Shown piece by piece: positions 1 through 10,584 of a stretch of 64,000 nt of DNA. Location of the stretch: the NCBI GenBank assembly GCA_041686025.1, contig JAWLEP010000008.1, positions 4,996-68,995 on the forward strand. Reading direction: 5' to 3'. The notes below the pieces were generated by a model. It was given only the letters and a program-made list of their open reading frames with translations. It did no database searches and was not told the origin of the DNA. The position numbers were made by a program, and so were the translations under genes. Source of the DNA: Candidatus Fermentibacteraceae bacterium (lineage in GTDB: Bacteria > Fermentibacterota > Fermentibacteria > Fermentibacterales > JCC-6). How positions within the stretch are numbered: the first letter of the stretch is position 1; every line of letters begins with the position of its first letter.

Positions 1-1494
1 TTCCTGGCCAGGGTGGAGCAGGGGGTTCTGTACGACCTACGGATGTCCATCTTCGACCGGCTGCTGAGCCTGGACCTCGACTACTACTCCCGCAGCAGGT
101 CGGGCGAGCTCCTCAGCAGGGTGACGGCGGACGTGGACCGTCTGCGGAACGCCCTGACCCAGGCCCTGATAAACCTCACCAAGCAGGCCACCCTGCTGGT
201 GGTCTTCGCGGGGCTGGCCGTCTGGGCGTCCTGGAGGCTGGCCCTGGTCACCCTCATCGTCCTTCCCCCGGCAATGGTGCTGATACTGGTGATCGGCCGG
301 GTCCTTCGGAGGAGGAGCCACCGCTCCCAGGAGCGGATGGCCGACTTCGCCTCCATTCTCCACGAGATGATCCAGGGGATAAGGATCGTTAAGGGGTTCT
401 CCATGGAGGACTTCGAAGCCGGGCGCTTCCGACGGATGCTGGCCCGGCACCGCAGCTTCGAGATCTCCCTGAGGAGGCTGAGGGCCCTCTCCGGTCCCAT
501 GACCGAGGTGCTGGGCGCCATGGCCAGCGCCGTGATACTCTGGTTCGGGGGCCGGGCGGTGATCATGGGCGACGGGATGACCGCCGGCCGCTTCTTCGTA
601 TTCCTGGGGGCCGCCCTCTCCATGATGGACCCCATCAAGAAGCTCAGCAGCGCCAACGCCAAGATACAGACCGGAATGGCGTCCGCCGAGAGGATATTCA
701 AGGTGCTGGACGAGAGGCCGGTGATAGTGGAGGTCCCCGGCGCCTTGGAGGTGGAGAGGCTGCGCGACGAGATAGTCTACGAGAACGTCTGCTTCGAGTA
801 CATACCCGGGGAGCGGGTCCTCTTCAACATCAACCTCTCCATAGGCCGCGGGGAGGTGGTGGCCCTGGTGGGCCCCAGCGGAGGCGGCAAGAGCACGCTG
901 GCGGACCTGCTTCCGCGTTTCTACGACCCGGTGGAGGGCAGGATAACCATCGACGGCGCCGACCTCCGGGAGGTAAGGCTGTCCTCGCTGAGGAACATGA
1001 TGGGCATCGTGACCCAGGAGACGGTGCTCTTCAACGACACTGTCCGCAGCAACATCGCTTACGGCATGACGGAGATCGGGATGGACAAGGTCAGGGAGGC
1101 CGCGGAGGTGGCCAACGCCCTGGAGTTCATCGAGGCCCTTCCGAAGGGATTCGACACCCCCATCGGGGAGAGGGGGGTAACCCTGTCCGGGGGCCAGAGG
1201 CAGAGGCTGGCCATCGCCAGGGCGGTGCTGAAGGACCCCGAGATCCTGATCTTCGACGAGGCCACGTCGGCGCTTGACACCCACGCCGAGCGCCAGGTGC
1301 AGAAGGCCATAGACGGCTTGATGCGAAGCCGGACGGCCATGGTCATAGCCCACAGGCTGAGCACCATACGCAAGGCGTCCATTGTCTTCTACGTGGAGGA
1401 CGGCAGGATCATGGAGCGGGGCACCCACGAGGAGCTCCTGGCCCGGGGGGGCCGCTACAGCCGGCTCTACGAGATGCAGTTCGCGGAGGACTGA
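1..1494 (+). CDS. msbA: ABC transporter ATP-binding/permease protein, MsbA-like lipid exporter (5' end truncated by the window edge)
   Basis: Open frame from base 1. TM-domain tail is followed by Walker A (GPSGGGKST), ABC signature (LSGGQRQRLAIARAV) and Walker B (ILIFDEATSALD). Only 493 aa of the expected ~580 are present. Confidence 0.8.
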   Translation, partial: FLARVEQGVLYDLRMSIFDRLLSLDLDYYSRSRSGELLSRVTADVDRLRNALTQALINLTKQATLLVVFAGLAVWASWRLALVTLIVLPPAMVLILVIGRVLRRRSHRSQERMADFASILHEMIQGIRIVKGFSMEDFEAGRFRRMLARHRSFEISLRRLRALSGPMTEVLGAMASAVILWFGGRAVIMGDGMTAGRFFVFLGAALSMMDPIKKLSSANAKIQTGMASAERIFKVLDERPVIVEVPGALEVERLRDEIVYENVCFEYIPGERVLFNINLSIGRGEVVALVGPSGGGKSTLADLLPRFYDPVEGRITIDGADLREVRLSSLRNMMGIVTQETVLFNDTVRSNIAYGMTEIGMDKVREAAEVANALEFIEALPKGFDTPIGERGVTLSGGQRQRLAIARAVLKDPEILIFDEATSALDTHAERQVQKAIDGLMRSRTAMVIAHRLSTIRKASIVFYVEDGRIMERGTHEELLARGGRYSRLYEMQFAED

Positions 1495-1497
1495 GAC

Positions 1498-2469
1498 GTG
1501 CCTTCCCTTCTGATAAGGCTGCATTCCCTGGGAGACGTGGTGCTGGCCGAGCCGGCGGCCAGGTTCCTGGCCGGCTCCGACCCGGTCCTCTTCGCCGTGC
1601 GGGAGGAGTACGCGCCGGTGGTGGAGAGGATGGGCGAAGGAGTCCGTCCGCTGCCCCTCCCGGCGGGGAGCGGAGCCTGTGATCTGCGGCGCCTGGCGCG
1701 CGGGTTCGCACCCGGCCGAATAGTGGACCTGCAGGGCAACCTCACCTCGCGGCTGGCCGTCTGGCCCCGGCGGGCGGACCGATGGACACTGGACAGGAAG
1801 CTGCGGAAGAGGATCCTGGGCGGGGCCGATCTGCATATGCCCTACCGGGCCACGGAGTTCCTGAGGACCGCCGGGGGCGGGGGATGGGCCATGCCTCACC
1901 TGGAGCGGAGGAGCCCGGTGGGCGGGGGCTCCGGCAGGGCGGGACTGGTGGCCGGCGGAAGGTGGCTGGGCAAGTCGATACCCCCCGGGGTCCTGGCCGA
2001 GGTGGCCCGGCGTCTGGTGGACCTGGTGGGGATGGAGGTGCTGGTTCTGGGAGCTCCCGAGGACCGCGACGCGGCCCGTGAGGTGGCCGGCAGGGCGCTG
2101 AGGAAGGGCGTGACCCCGATGGCCGGGGAGGGCGGCCTGGAGCGGCTCATGGAGAGGATAGAGTCCCTGGACGTGCTGGTCTCGCCGGACTCTGGCCCCG
2201 CCCACCTGGCCTCGGCCCTGGGGGTGCCGGTGGTGGTGGTCTTTACCTCCACCCATCCCCGTCTAGGCTTCTGGCCCCCTGACATGCAGGGGGCGGTGTT
2301 CTCGGGGGATCTGGCCTGCAGGCCGTGCCACCGGCACGGCGGCCGCAGCTGTCCGCGGGGCGACTGGGAGTGCAGGAGGGGGCTTCTCCCCGCCGACATC
2401 GTCGATGCCGCCCTCTCGGTAATGGGCTCCGGGGCGGAGGACGACTTCGAAGACGGGGAGCCGGACTGA
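1498..2469 (+). CDS. Glycosyltransferase family 9 (LPS heptosyltransferase-like)
   Basis: GTG start 4 nt after the msbA stop. N-terminal IRLHSLGDVVL and C-terminal SPDSGPAHLASALGVPVVVVF are typical of ADP-heptose:LPS heptosyltransferases (RfaC/RfaF family). Confidence 0.7.
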   Translation: MPSLLIRLHSLGDVVLAEPAARFLAGSDPVLFAVREEYAPVVERMGEGVRPLPLPAGSGACDLRRLARGFAPGRIVDLQGNLTSRLAVWPRRADRWTLDRKLRKRILGGADLHMPYRATEFLRTAGGGGWAMPHLERRSPVGGGSGRAGLVAGGRWLGKSIPPGVLAEVARRLVDLVGMEVLVLGAPEDRDAAREVAGRALRKGVTPMAGEGGLERLMERIESLDVLVSPDSGPAHLASALGVPVVVVFTSTHPRLGFWPPDMQGAVFSGDLACRPCHRHGGRSCPRGDWECRRGLLPADIVDAALSVMGSGAEDDFEDGEPD

Positions 2470-5033
2470 TGCCGACACCCATGATGAAGCAGTACCTGGA
2501 CATCAAGAAGCAGCATCCGGGGGACCTGCTGCTCTTCCGCATGGGCGACTTCTACGAGTCCTTCTACGATGACGCCAGGGAGATCGCAGCGCTGCTGGGC
2601 ATAACCCTGACCTCCAGGGAGAAGTCCGGGGAGGACGGCGAGGGCATACCCCTGGCGGGATTTCCCCACCATGCCCTGGACGGGTACCTGGCCCGCCTGG
2701 TGCGCGCCGGCAGAAGGGTGGCCATCTGCGAGCAGGTGGAGGACCCAAGAAAGGCCAGGGGTCTGGTGAAGCGCGAGGTGGTGGAGGTGATCACCCCGGG
2801 AACGCTGGTCTCGGGGTCGGCGCTGGACGAGCGGCGCACGCTTCCCCTGGCGGCTGCCTGGTCCGGAAGCGATGGAGCGGCCCTGGCGGTCTGCGACCTC
2901 TCCACCGGCGCCATGGAGGCCACCGCCGCTGCCGCCGGAGAGCTGATGCTGGAGGCTGCGCGGCGCGAGCCCACCGAGCTGCTGGTGCCGGAGGGAGCCG
3001 GAATGAGGACCCCGGAGGGCATGGCGGTAACCGAGCTGGAGGCCTGGAAGTTCGACCCGGACCTGGCCCGGGAGAACCTGGCGGAGATGCTGGGGCTGGC
3101 CACCCTGGAGGGCGTGGGCCTGGAGGGGGACTCCCCGCTGCTGCGCGCGGTGGGGGGGCTGCTCTCCTACATAGCCGACACCAAGCGGTCGGTGATATCG
3201 CACCTGACCTTCGAGGGAGTCTACGATCCCTCCGACAGCATGATCATAGACCGCAGGAGCGCCGTATCCCTGGCCATAGCCCGCGCCCCGGAGGGCCAGG
3301 AGGAGGCCGTGCTGGCGGACGCCACCGACATGACGGTCACCCCGGCGGGGGCCCGGGAGTGGCGCAGCTGGCTGCTGTCTCCGCCCAGGGACCCCGAGGT
3401 CATCTCCGGCAGGCACGCGGCGGTCGGGTGGCTGATGGGCTGCGGCCACCTGGAGCGGATAAGGGGGATGCTGGCCGACTGCGCCGACCTCCCCAGGCAG
3501 AGCGGAAAGCTGGGGACCAGGAGGTCGGCGCCCCGGGACCTTGACGCCATCCGGCGGACGGTGAGGCTGCTGCCGGAGCTGCTGGAGGCGCTGCCCGGCG
3601 GGGGCGGCGGAGTCCTCCCCGGGCTTCGGGAGATGGACCGTCTGGAGGACGTGGGCCGGGCCATAGAGGAGGTTCTGGCCGACGACCCTCCCGCCAGGCT
3701 GGCCGACGGGGGCGTAATCCGGGACGGCGTCTGCGACGAGCTGGACGAGCTGAGGGAGATAAGGTCGGGGGGGAGGAAGTGGATCCGCGACCTCAGGGAC
3801 ACCGAGCGGGAGCGGACCGGGATACCCAACCTCTCCATAGGCTTCAACAAGGTGTTCGGCTACTACATAGAGGTGTCCAGGAGCCATCTGGACAAGGTGC
3901 CCGAGAGCTACGCCCGCAAGCAGACCCTGGTGGGTGGGGAGCGCTACGTAACCCCGGAGCTGAAGGAGATGGAGTCCCGGGTGCTTCGGGCCGAGGAGGA
4001 GATGGCGGCCCTGGAGGAGCGGCTGTACGGCGAGCTGCGCGAGAGGGTGGCGCAGGAGGTGTCCAGGGTCCGCACCACCGGTCGGGCGCTGGCCCGGCTG
4101 GACGTCCTCGCCGCCCTGGCTGCCATGGCGTCTGAGAGGGGCTACGTCAGGCCCGAGCTCTCCGGCGAGCCGGCGCTGATAGTAGACCGGGGGCGCCATC
4201 CGGTGCTGGAGCGGGTGCTTCCCCGGGGGGAGTGCGTGCCCAACGACCTGAGGATGGATCCGGGGCGGAGGATACTCCTGGTGACGGGGCCGAACATGGC
4301 CGGGAAGTCCACCTACCTGCGGCAGACGGCCCTGCTGGTGGTCCTGGCCCAGGCGGGATCCTTCGTGCCGGCCGACCGCATGGTCTTCTCGCCGGTGGAC
4401 CGGATATTCACCCGGATCGGGTCCGCCGACAGGATCACCCGGGGCCAGTCCACCTTCCTGGTGGAGATGTCCGAGGCTGCAGCCCTCCTGAATACCTGCA
4501 CCGCCTCCAGCCTGGCGGTGCTGGACGAGGTGGGGCGGGGGACCAGCACCTTCGACGGGCTGTCGCTGGCCTGGGCCATGGTGGAGTACCTGCACGACCA
4601 CCGCAGCCACCGCCCCCTGGTGCTCTTCGCCACCCACTACCACGAGCTGGTGGCCCTGGCCGAGCGGCTTCCGGCGGCCGCCAACGTGAACGTGGCGGTA
4701 AGGGAGTCCGGGGACGGCGTTGTCTTCATGTACCGCGTGCAGGAGGGCGGCACGGACAGGTCCTACGGCATTCACGTGGCCTCGATGGCCGGCGTGCCGG
4801 CTGCCGTGGTCAGGAGGGCGGGGGACGTGCTGGGGGACCTGGAGGCCGGCCGGCACCTGCGACACGGCGGCGACATGGACCAGCTGGAGCTTCCGCTGGA
4901 GCCGCCGGCGAGCCGGGAAGGGCCGAAGGCCCTGGACGAGATAAGGAAGCTGGACCCGGACGGCATGACGCCCCGGGAAGCCCTGGACGTTCTGTACAGG
5001 CTTCGCGACCTCACGGGGGAGGAGGGGCCTTGA
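2469..5033 (+). CDS. mutS: DNA mismatch repair protein MutS
   Basis: ATG at 2469 overlaps the GT9 stop (TGATG). N-terminus MPTPMMKQYLDIKKQHPGDLLLFRMGDFYE, Walker A GPNMAGKST, and STFLVEMSE/DEVGRGTST motifs. The longer ORF from 2325 is an upstream extension in the same frame. Confidence 0.95.
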   Translation: MPTPMMKQYLDIKKQHPGDLLLFRMGDFYESFYDDAREIAALLGITLTSREKSGEDGEGIPLAGFPHHALDGYLARLVRAGRRVAICEQVEDPRKARGLVKREVVEVITPGTLVSGSALDERRTLPLAAAWSGSDGAALAVCDLSTGAMEATAAAAGELMLEAARREPTELLVPEGAGMRTPEGMAVTELEAWKFDPDLARENLAEMLGLATLEGVGLEGDSPLLRAVGGLLSYIADTKRSVISHLTFEGVYDPSDSMIIDRRSAVSLAIARAPEGQEEAVLADATDMTVTPAGAREWRSWLLSPPRDPEVISGRHAAVGWLMGCGHLERIRGMLADCADLPRQSGKLGTRRSAPRDLDAIRRTVRLLPELLEALPGGGGGVLPGLREMDRLEDVGRAIEEVLADDPPARLADGGVIRDGVCDELDELREIRSGGRKWIRDLRDTERERTGIPNLSIGFNKVFGYYIEVSRSHLDKVPESYARKQTLVGGERYVTPELKEMESRVLRAEEEMAALEERLYGELRERVAQEVSRVRTTGRALARLDVLAALAAMASERGYVRPELSGEPALIVDRGRHPVLERVLPRGECVPNDLRMDPGRRILLVTGPNMAGKSTYLRQTALLVVLAQAGSFVPADRMVFSPVDRIFTRIGSADRITRGQSTFLVEMSEAAALLNTCTASSLAVLDEVGRGTSTFDGLSLAWAMVEYLHDHRSHRPLVLFATHYHELVALAERLPAAANVNVAVRESGDGVVFMYRVQEGGTDRSYGIHVASMAGVPAAVVRRAGDVLGDLEAGRHLRHGGDMDQLELPLEPPASREGPKALDEIRKLDPDGMTPREALDVLYRLRDLTGEEGP

Positions 5034-5094
5034 CCCCGGGGCCTTCATGCCCGAGCATTAACATCTGAGATTATCTGAGTCCGGAAAGGGTTGC

Positions 5095-5787
5095 ATGGAC
5101 CGGCTTCTCCCCGCTTGCGCCAGGTGCGATCTGACAGACCCTCCCTGCCGGGGCGGAAGCGACCCTGCCCCCGAGAGCTGCCCCATGGTGCTGGCGCCGG
5201 CTGAGATAAGGAAGAGCCGTTCGGCATACCGGGAGGACGAGGGCCTTCTGAAGCTGGCCCGCATGGCTTCCATCCAGGAGGCCGAGGGCTACAGCGGCAG
5301 GTTCGGACCGGGGCCTCCGGTTCCCGCCAAGCCCAGGGTCCTGGAGGTCTGCGAGCTGGCCCGCAAGCTGGACGTGGAGCTCATCGGACTGGCCTTCTGC
5401 ACGGGTCTCCGCAGGGAGGCGGCCCTCTGCCAGGACGTGCTTGAGGCCCGGGGCTTCGAAGTGGCATCGGTGAGCTGCAAGGCCGGAGCCACCCCCAAGG
5501 AGTCGCTGGGGCTGTCCGACCAACAGAAGATCAGTCCGGGCGGCTTCGAGGCCATGTGCAGCCCGGTGGCGCAGGCCATGGTGCTCAACTCCTTCCGGAC
5601 AGGCCTCAACGTCGTCGTGGGCCTGTGCGTGGGTCACGATTCCATATTCTTCCGTTACAGCGACGCTCCGGTCACCGTTCTGGTGGCCAAGGACCGCCTG
5701 CTTTGCCACAATCCCGCGGGGGCCCTGTACCTGTCGGGGAGCTACTACCGCTGGCTCACCGCCGACGGGGAGCGGGACGATGGCTGA
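5095..5787 (+). CDS. DUF1847-like predicted metal-binding protein
   Basis: Cys-rich N-terminus and a conserved CVGHD-type motif. Codon usage is coherent. Family assignment is from memory of the DUF1847 pattern. Confidence 0.45.
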   Translation: MDRLLPACARCDLTDPPCRGGSDPAPESCPMVLAPAEIRKSRSAYREDEGLLKLARMASIQEAEGYSGRFGPGPPVPAKPRVLEVCELARKLDVELIGLAFCTGLRREAALCQDVLEARGFEVASVSCKAGATPKESLGLSDQQKISPGGFEAMCSPVAQAMVLNSFRTGLNVVVGLCVGHDSIFFRYSDAPVTVLVAKDRLLCHNPAGALYLSGSYYRWLTADGERDDG

Positions 5788-7837
5788 CCGCGTAGACAGG
5801 GCCATGGAGATCCGCGACGCCGTTCTGGAGATCATGGAGGCGGGCATGGAGGCTCCGGCCCTGGAAGAGCTCTACGGGGCCATCCACCGGGTCATCACCG
5901 GGCTGTTCAGAGCCGACAACTTCTACATTGCCCTGCACGACCGCAGCAGCGGCACGATCTCCTTTCCCTACTTCGTCGACTCCCATTCCGTGGTGGCGGA
6001 GAGCCGTCCCTTCGGCCACGGCATGACGGAGTTGGTCATAAGGCGCGGGGAGACGGTGTTCATCGACCGCGAGCGGATGCTGGAGCTCATGGAGCGCGGC
6101 GATGTGGAGCTGATCGGCGAGCTGGCCGCATGGTGGCTCGGCGTGCCGCTGAGGGCCAGGGGGAGGATCTTCGGCGTGCTGGCCGTTCAGAGCTACGAGC
6201 CTGAGTACACGCTGGACGAAGAGGACGTCAGGGATCTCAAGCTGCTGGCGTCGGCCTCGTCCATGGCCATAGAGAGGCGTCGGTCGGAGGAGAGCCTGCT
6301 GCGGAGCGAGAGACTGTACAGGACCATGGTGGAGAAGGCGAAGGACGGCATCGTCGTGGTGGTGGACGGCACAATCCGGCTGGCCAACCAGGAGGTCTGC
6401 ACCATGCTGGGCCAGGACAGGGACGAGGTGGTGGGCTCTCCCTACGCCAGGTTCGTCGCTCCGTCGTCGCAGGATATGGTGGATGACCGCTACCGTCGCC
6501 GTCTGGCGGGGGAGGACGTACAGTCCATCTACGAGGTGGACCTGCTGAGGGCCGACGGTTCCACCATACCCGGCGAGCTCAACTCCACCGCCCTGGACCT
6601 GGAGGAGGGCAGGGGCGTCCTGGTCTTCGTCCGCGACCTCACCGAGCGCAGGCGGGCGGAGGAGCGGAAGAGGCAGCTGGAGCGCAGGCTGCAGCACTCG
6701 CAGAGGCTGGAGAGCCTGGGGGTGCTGGCCGGCGGGGTGGCCCACGACTTCAACAACCTGCTTATGGGCGTCCTGGGCAACGCGGGCCTGGCCCTCAAGG
6801 AGCTGGAGGCCGACCACCGGGCCCGGGAGACCATCGAGCGTCTGGAGAAGGCGGCCCTGCGTGCCGCCGAGCTCACCAACCAGCTGCTGGCGTACTCCGG
6901 AAAGGGCAGCTTCGTCAAGGAGTCGCTCCACCTGAACGCCACCGTCAGGGAGATGATCGACCTTCTGCAGTCCGCGGTCTCCCGGAAGGTGGTGATCAGA
7001 ACCGAGCTGGAGGACGGCATACCGCCTGTAAAGGCCGATGCCGCCCAGCTCAGGCAGGTTCTGATGAACCTGATCATGAACGCCTCCGAGGCCATAGGGG
7101 ACGGCAGCGGCGTGGTGACCATCCGCACGGGCCTTCTGCAGGTGGACGGCAGCTATCTCAGCGAGACCTACGTGGGCGAGGAGGTGGACGAGGGCTACTA
7201 CTGCTTCGTGGAGGTCTCCGACACGGGCGAGGGCATGGACGAGGAGACCAGGGCCCGGATCTTCGACCCGTTCTTCTCCACCAAGTTCGCCGGCAGGGGG
7301 CTGGGACTGGCCTCCGTGCTGGGTATAGCCCGGGGGCACGGGGGCACCGTGAAGGTCTACAGCGAGCCGGGTGGGGGAAGCAGCTTCAAGGTGCTGCTGC
7401 CGGCCCAGACGGATTCGGGAGGCTCTGGAACGGAGCCTCCGCCGGCCGAGGAGCCCCGGCCACGGGCCGGAGGCACAATCATGGTGGTGGACGACGAGGA
7501 GAGCGTCCGCACGGTGGCGCGCATGATACTGGAGAAGGTGGGCTACAGTGTGATCACCGCCTCCGACGGAGTGGAGGCGGAGGAGATCTTCGCCGAGAGC
7601 GGCGGCGGCATCAGCCTGGTGCTGCTGGACATGACCATGCCCCGCCGGGACGGCGCCGAGACCTATACCCAGCTGAGGCGGGCAGACCCGGACGTCCGGG
7701 TGGTCCTCACCAGCGGCTTCAGCGAGTCCGACGCCACTGCCCGCTTCTCCGGCAAGAGCCTTGCCGGCTTCATACAGAAGCCCTACACCCCGGGAGAGCT
7801 GGTGGGCCTTGTGCAAAAGGTGCTGGGCTCGGACTGA
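5780..7837 (+). CDS. Hybrid sensor histidine kinase (GAF - PAS - HisKA - HATPase - receiver)
   Basis: H-box HDFNNLLMGVLGNAGLA, G-boxes DTGEGMD and GRGLGLASV, and a C-terminal receiver domain (IMVVDDEESVR ... LLDMTMP). Confidence 0.9.
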   Translation: MADRVDRAMEIRDAVLEIMEAGMEAPALEELYGAIHRVITGLFRADNFYIALHDRSSGTISFPYFVDSHSVVAESRPFGHGMTELVIRRGETVFIDRERMLELMERGDVELIGELAAWWLGVPLRARGRIFGVLAVQSYEPEYTLDEEDVRDLKLLASASSMAIERRRSEESLLRSERLYRTMVEKAKDGIVVVVDGTIRLANQEVCTMLGQDRDEVVGSPYARFVAPSSQDMVDDRYRRRLAGEDVQSIYEVDLLRADGSTIPGELNSTALDLEEGRGVLVFVRDLTERRRAEERKRQLERRLQHSQRLESLGVLAGGVAHDFNNLLMGVLGNAGLALKELEADHRARETIERLEKAALRAAELTNQLLAYSGKGSFVKESLHLNATVREMIDLLQSAVSRKVVIRTELEDGIPPVKADAAQLRQVLMNLIMNASEAIGDGSGVVTIRTGLLQVDGSYLSETYVGEEVDEGYYCFVEVSDTGEGMDEETRARIFDPFFSTKFAGRGLGLASVLGIARGHGGTVKVYSEPGGGSSFKVLLPAQTDSGGSGTEPPPAEEPRPRAGGTIMVVDDEESVRTVARMILEKVGYSVITASDGVEAEEIFAESGGGISLVLLDMTMPRRDGAETYTQLRRADPDVRVVLTSGFSESDATARFSGKSLAGFIQKPYTPGELVGLVQKVLGSD

Positions 7838-8004
7838 CAGCGAAGGCATCCGGGCGCCGGTGGGCCCCGACCCGGCCACCGACCCGGCCTTCGCCGAGTC
7901 CTACTGCAGCGGCGTCCGTTCGGGCGTTGCGGTGCATGTGCACGGGATATCCCATGACGGAAAAGGGTGGCCAGCGCCGGTCCGGCGGGGTGCCTGGTCG
8001 GGGG

Positions 8005-8066
8005 TTGACATCCCGAGAGGCGTGGGTAGAATAGAATCCAGTAATAGTTCTCATTAGCATCAAGGG
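8005..8066 (+). promoter_or_regulatory. Near-consensus sigma70 promoter (TTGACA-N16-TAGAAT) with an overlapping Fur/PerR-type inverted repeat (TAATAGTTCTCATTA)
   Basis: TTGACAtcccgagaggcgtgggTAGAAT sits about 45 nt upstream of the Fur-family gene. An AT-rich imperfect palindrome TAAT-N7-ATTA lies immediately downstream of the -10 element, consistent with autoregulation. Confidence 0.5.
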
Positions 8067-8074
8067 CGGTTCCC

Positions 8075-8464
8075 ATGAGGCAGACGGCACAGCGCAGGGA
8101 GATTCTCAGGGTACTGCGGTGCAGCCGCGACCATCCTACCGCTTCGGACGTCTACGCCAGGGTGCGCGGCAGCATGCCCAGGATAAGCCTGGGGACGGTG
8201 TACAGGAACCTGGACAGGCTCTGCTCCCTGGGGGAGGTCTTGCGAATTGAGGTCCCCGGCCGGGAGATGCGCTTCGACGCCGACACCTCCAGCCACTACC
8301 ACCTCAGATGCCTGGAGTGCGGCAGGGTGGTGGACGTTGACCCCGAGGATGTCTCGGTGGATGTACACTATCCCGAGGAGGTCGACGGCGTGAGGGTGAC
8401 CGGGTGCCGCGTGCAGCTGCTGGGGCGCTGCCGAGAATGCCTTGAGAGCGACTCCGACGTTTGA
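8075..8464 (+). CDS. Fur family transcriptional regulator (PerR-like, peroxide sensing inferred from context)
   Basis: Fur fold motifs REILRVL, HYHLRCLECGRVVDV, and a C-terminal CxxC (CRVQLLGRCRECLE). Sits directly upstream of a peroxiredoxin. Confidence 0.8.
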   Translation: MRQTAQRREILRVLRCSRDHPTASDVYARVRGSMPRISLGTVYRNLDRLCSLGEVLRIEVPGREMRFDADTSSHYHLRCLECGRVVDVDPEDVSVDVHYPEEVDGVRVTGCRVQLLGRCRECLESDSDV

Positions 8465-8485
8465 CCCCAAGAGGAAGGAGAGGAT

Positions 8486-9136
8486 ATGGAGAGCAGATTT
8501 CCCCTGATAGGAGACCGCTTCCCGGAGATGGAGGTAACCACCACCCACGGGAAGATGAAGCTCCCCGACGACGTATCCGGAAAGTGGCTGGTGCTGTTCA
8601 GCCATCCGGCGGACTTCACCCCCGTGTGCACCACCGAGTTCCATGCGTTCCAGAAGCGGATGGGGGAGTTCAAGTCCCTGGGGTGTGAGCTGATAGGTCT
8701 CAGCATCGACCAGGTCTTCTCCCACATCAAGTGGGTTGAGTGGATCGCCGAGAACCTGGACACCGAGATCACCTTCCCCATCATCGCCGACCACGGCGAC
8801 GCCGCCGGCAAGCTGGGAATGGTCCATCCGGGCAAGGGCAGCAACACGGTTCGTGCGGTGTTCGTTGTGGATCCCAAGGGATACGTCCGCACCGTCCTCT
8901 ACTACCCGCAGGAGCTGGGCCGGAACATGGACGAGATCGTACGCATAGTTAAGGCCCTGCAGATCGCGGACAAGAACGGCGTGGCCATGCCGGCCAACTG
9001 GCCCAGCAACGAGCTGGTGGGCGGAGACATCATCCTGCCTCCGGCCAGCACCCAGAAGGACGCCGAGGAGCGCAAGAAGCAGGACAGGTTCGAATGCTTC
9101 GACTGGTGGTTCTGCCACGGGAAGCTGGGCGACTAG
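8486..9136 (+). CDS. Peroxiredoxin, Prx6/archaeal-type with C-terminal C-x5-C resolving pair
   Basis: Peroxidatic Cys motif FTPVCTTE. C-terminal arm [10 protein letters not shown] carries two Cys spaced as in Aeropyrum-type thioredoxin peroxidases. Confidence 0.85.
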   Translation: MESRFPLIGDRFPEMEVTTTHGKMKLPDDVSGKWLVLFSHPADFTPVCTTEFHAFQKRMGEFKSLGCELIGLSIDQVFSHIKWVEWIAENLDTEITFPIIADHGDAAGKLGMVHPGKGSNTVRAVFVVDPKGYVRTVLYYPQELGRNMDEIVRIVKALQIADKNGVAMPANWPSNELVGGDIILPPASTQKDAEERKKQDRFECFDWWFCHGKLGD

Positions 9137-9205
9137 CCGAAGAACCCGTTGAGCCCGGGGCGGCCGGAACCGCGGCCGCCCCATCTGATTTCGGAAGGCG
9201 GCGAG

Positions 9206-9709
9206 ATGGACAGGAGTGCCCTGCAGACTCTCAGTTACGGGGTCTACGTGGTATCGGCAAGGACGGGCGACAGGCTGAACGGGCAGATATGCAACGCCGT
9301 GTTCCAGGTTACCGCCGACCCCCCGCAGCTGGCCGTAAGCGTCAACCGGGAGAACTACACCCACCACTGCCTGCGGGAGAGCGGGTCGTTCTCGGTGGCC
9401 GTCCTCTCGGAGAAGACCCCCATGAGGTACATAGGCCGCTTCGGTTTTCGGTGCGGGCGCGACTTCGACAAGTTCGGCGAGATCGACTACATCTGCGCGA
9501 GTACGGGCTCTCCCGTGCCCACCGGATACGCCGTGGCCTACATCGACTGCCGGATATCCAGGGCGATCGACTGCGGCACCCACAGCCTCTTCCTGGGCGA
9601 GGTGATGGGGGCGGAGAGGCTCGGTAACGACCCGCCCATGACCTACGACTACTACCACCGGGTGGTGAAGGGGAAGTCTCCCAGCCGGGCTCCCACCTTC
9701 ACAGGCTGA
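9206..9709 (+). CDS. Flavin reductase-like FMN-binding protein
   Basis: Flavin_Reduct-domain pattern (SYGVYVVSA..., HSLFLGEV). Start chosen at the internal ATG 9206 (MDRSALQ), which has an upstream GGAGG-like RBS. The ORF from 9149 is a possible longer alternative. Confidence 0.6.
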   Translation: MDRSALQTLSYGVYVVSARTGDRLNGQICNAVFQVTADPPQLAVSVNRENYTHHCLRESGSFSVAVLSEKTPMRYIGRFGFRCGRDFDKFGEIDYICASTGSPVPTGYAVAYIDCRISRAIDCGTHSLFLGEVMGAERLGNDPPMTYDYYHRVVKGKSPSRAPTFTG

Positions 9710-9780
9710 CCCGCGGCGACTGGTGAAGCCCCTCCGCTGCTGATATCTTCTGCATCTGCTCGAGTCCGGACACCGTTCCG

Positions 9781-10584
9781 GTGCGGCCGAACTCCGTGGA
9801 TGGGGGTGCAGGGATAGGCTCTTCGGCAGGCGATACGCTCTCCATGTTCTTCCCCGCGTACTGCGAGGAGGAGAACGTGGACTACATGCTGGACCGGGCC
9901 TGCAGCGTGGCCGATTCCCTGGCCCGCGCCTGGGAGGTCATCGTGGTGGATGACGGGTCCACCGACCGCACCGCAGACCTGGTGCAGCGGCGCAGCGCCT
10001 CCGACCCCCGCATCCGACTGGTTCGGCATCCGCGCAACCTGGGCTTCGGGGCCGCGCTGCAAAGTGGGATAGCCGCGTCCAGGCACGACTGGATATTCTA
10101 CTCGGACTTCGACGGGCAGTTCGACCTGGAGGAGCTGTCCGTGCTCTGGCGGGCGCGGCACACCGCCGACGTCCTGGCCGGCTACCGCAGGCGCAGGAAC
10201 GACCCGCTGATGCGGCTGGGCTACTCGCTGGCCTACAACACCCTGGTGTCCGCAATGTTCTTCGGGGGCTACAGGGACGTGGACTCCTCCTTCAAGCTCT
10301 ACCGCAGGTCCATATTCCGCCGGGTCCGCCCCCGCTCCACCTGCGGCGTCATCGACCTGGAGATACTGCTTCTGGCCAGGGCCTGGGGCTACAGGATCCG
10401 GCAGTTTCCGGTGAGCCACAGGCCGCGGAGGGCGGGAACCGTATCCTTCGAGACCGTCCGCAGGGGCGTGGTGGCCTGGGTGCAGCTGGGCCCCATCGCG
10501 GAGATGTTCGGCCAGCTCCTGTCGCTGCGGCGGAGGCTCTCCTCCCGCCGGACCATGCTGGAGAGAGATGCGGGCCTCAGCTGA
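9781..10584 (+). CDS. Glycosyltransferase family 2 (dolichyl-phosphate sugar transferase-like)
   Basis: MFFPAYCEEENV (PxYNEE-like), VIVVDDGSTD, and DxD-type FYSDFDGQ motifs. Confidence 0.8.
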   Translation: MRPNSVDGGAGIGSSAGDTLSMFFPAYCEEENVDYMLDRACSVADSLARAWEVIVVDDGSTDRTADLVQRRSASDPRIRLVRHPRNLGFGAALQSGIAASRHDWIFYSDFDGQFDLEELSVLWRARHTADVLAGYRRRRNDPLMRLGYSLAYNTLVSAMFFGGYRDVDSSFKLYRRSIFRRVRPRSTCGVIDLEILLLARAWGYRIRQFPVSHRPRRAGTVSFETVRRGVVAWVQLGPIAEMFGQLLSLRRRLSSRRTMLERDAGLS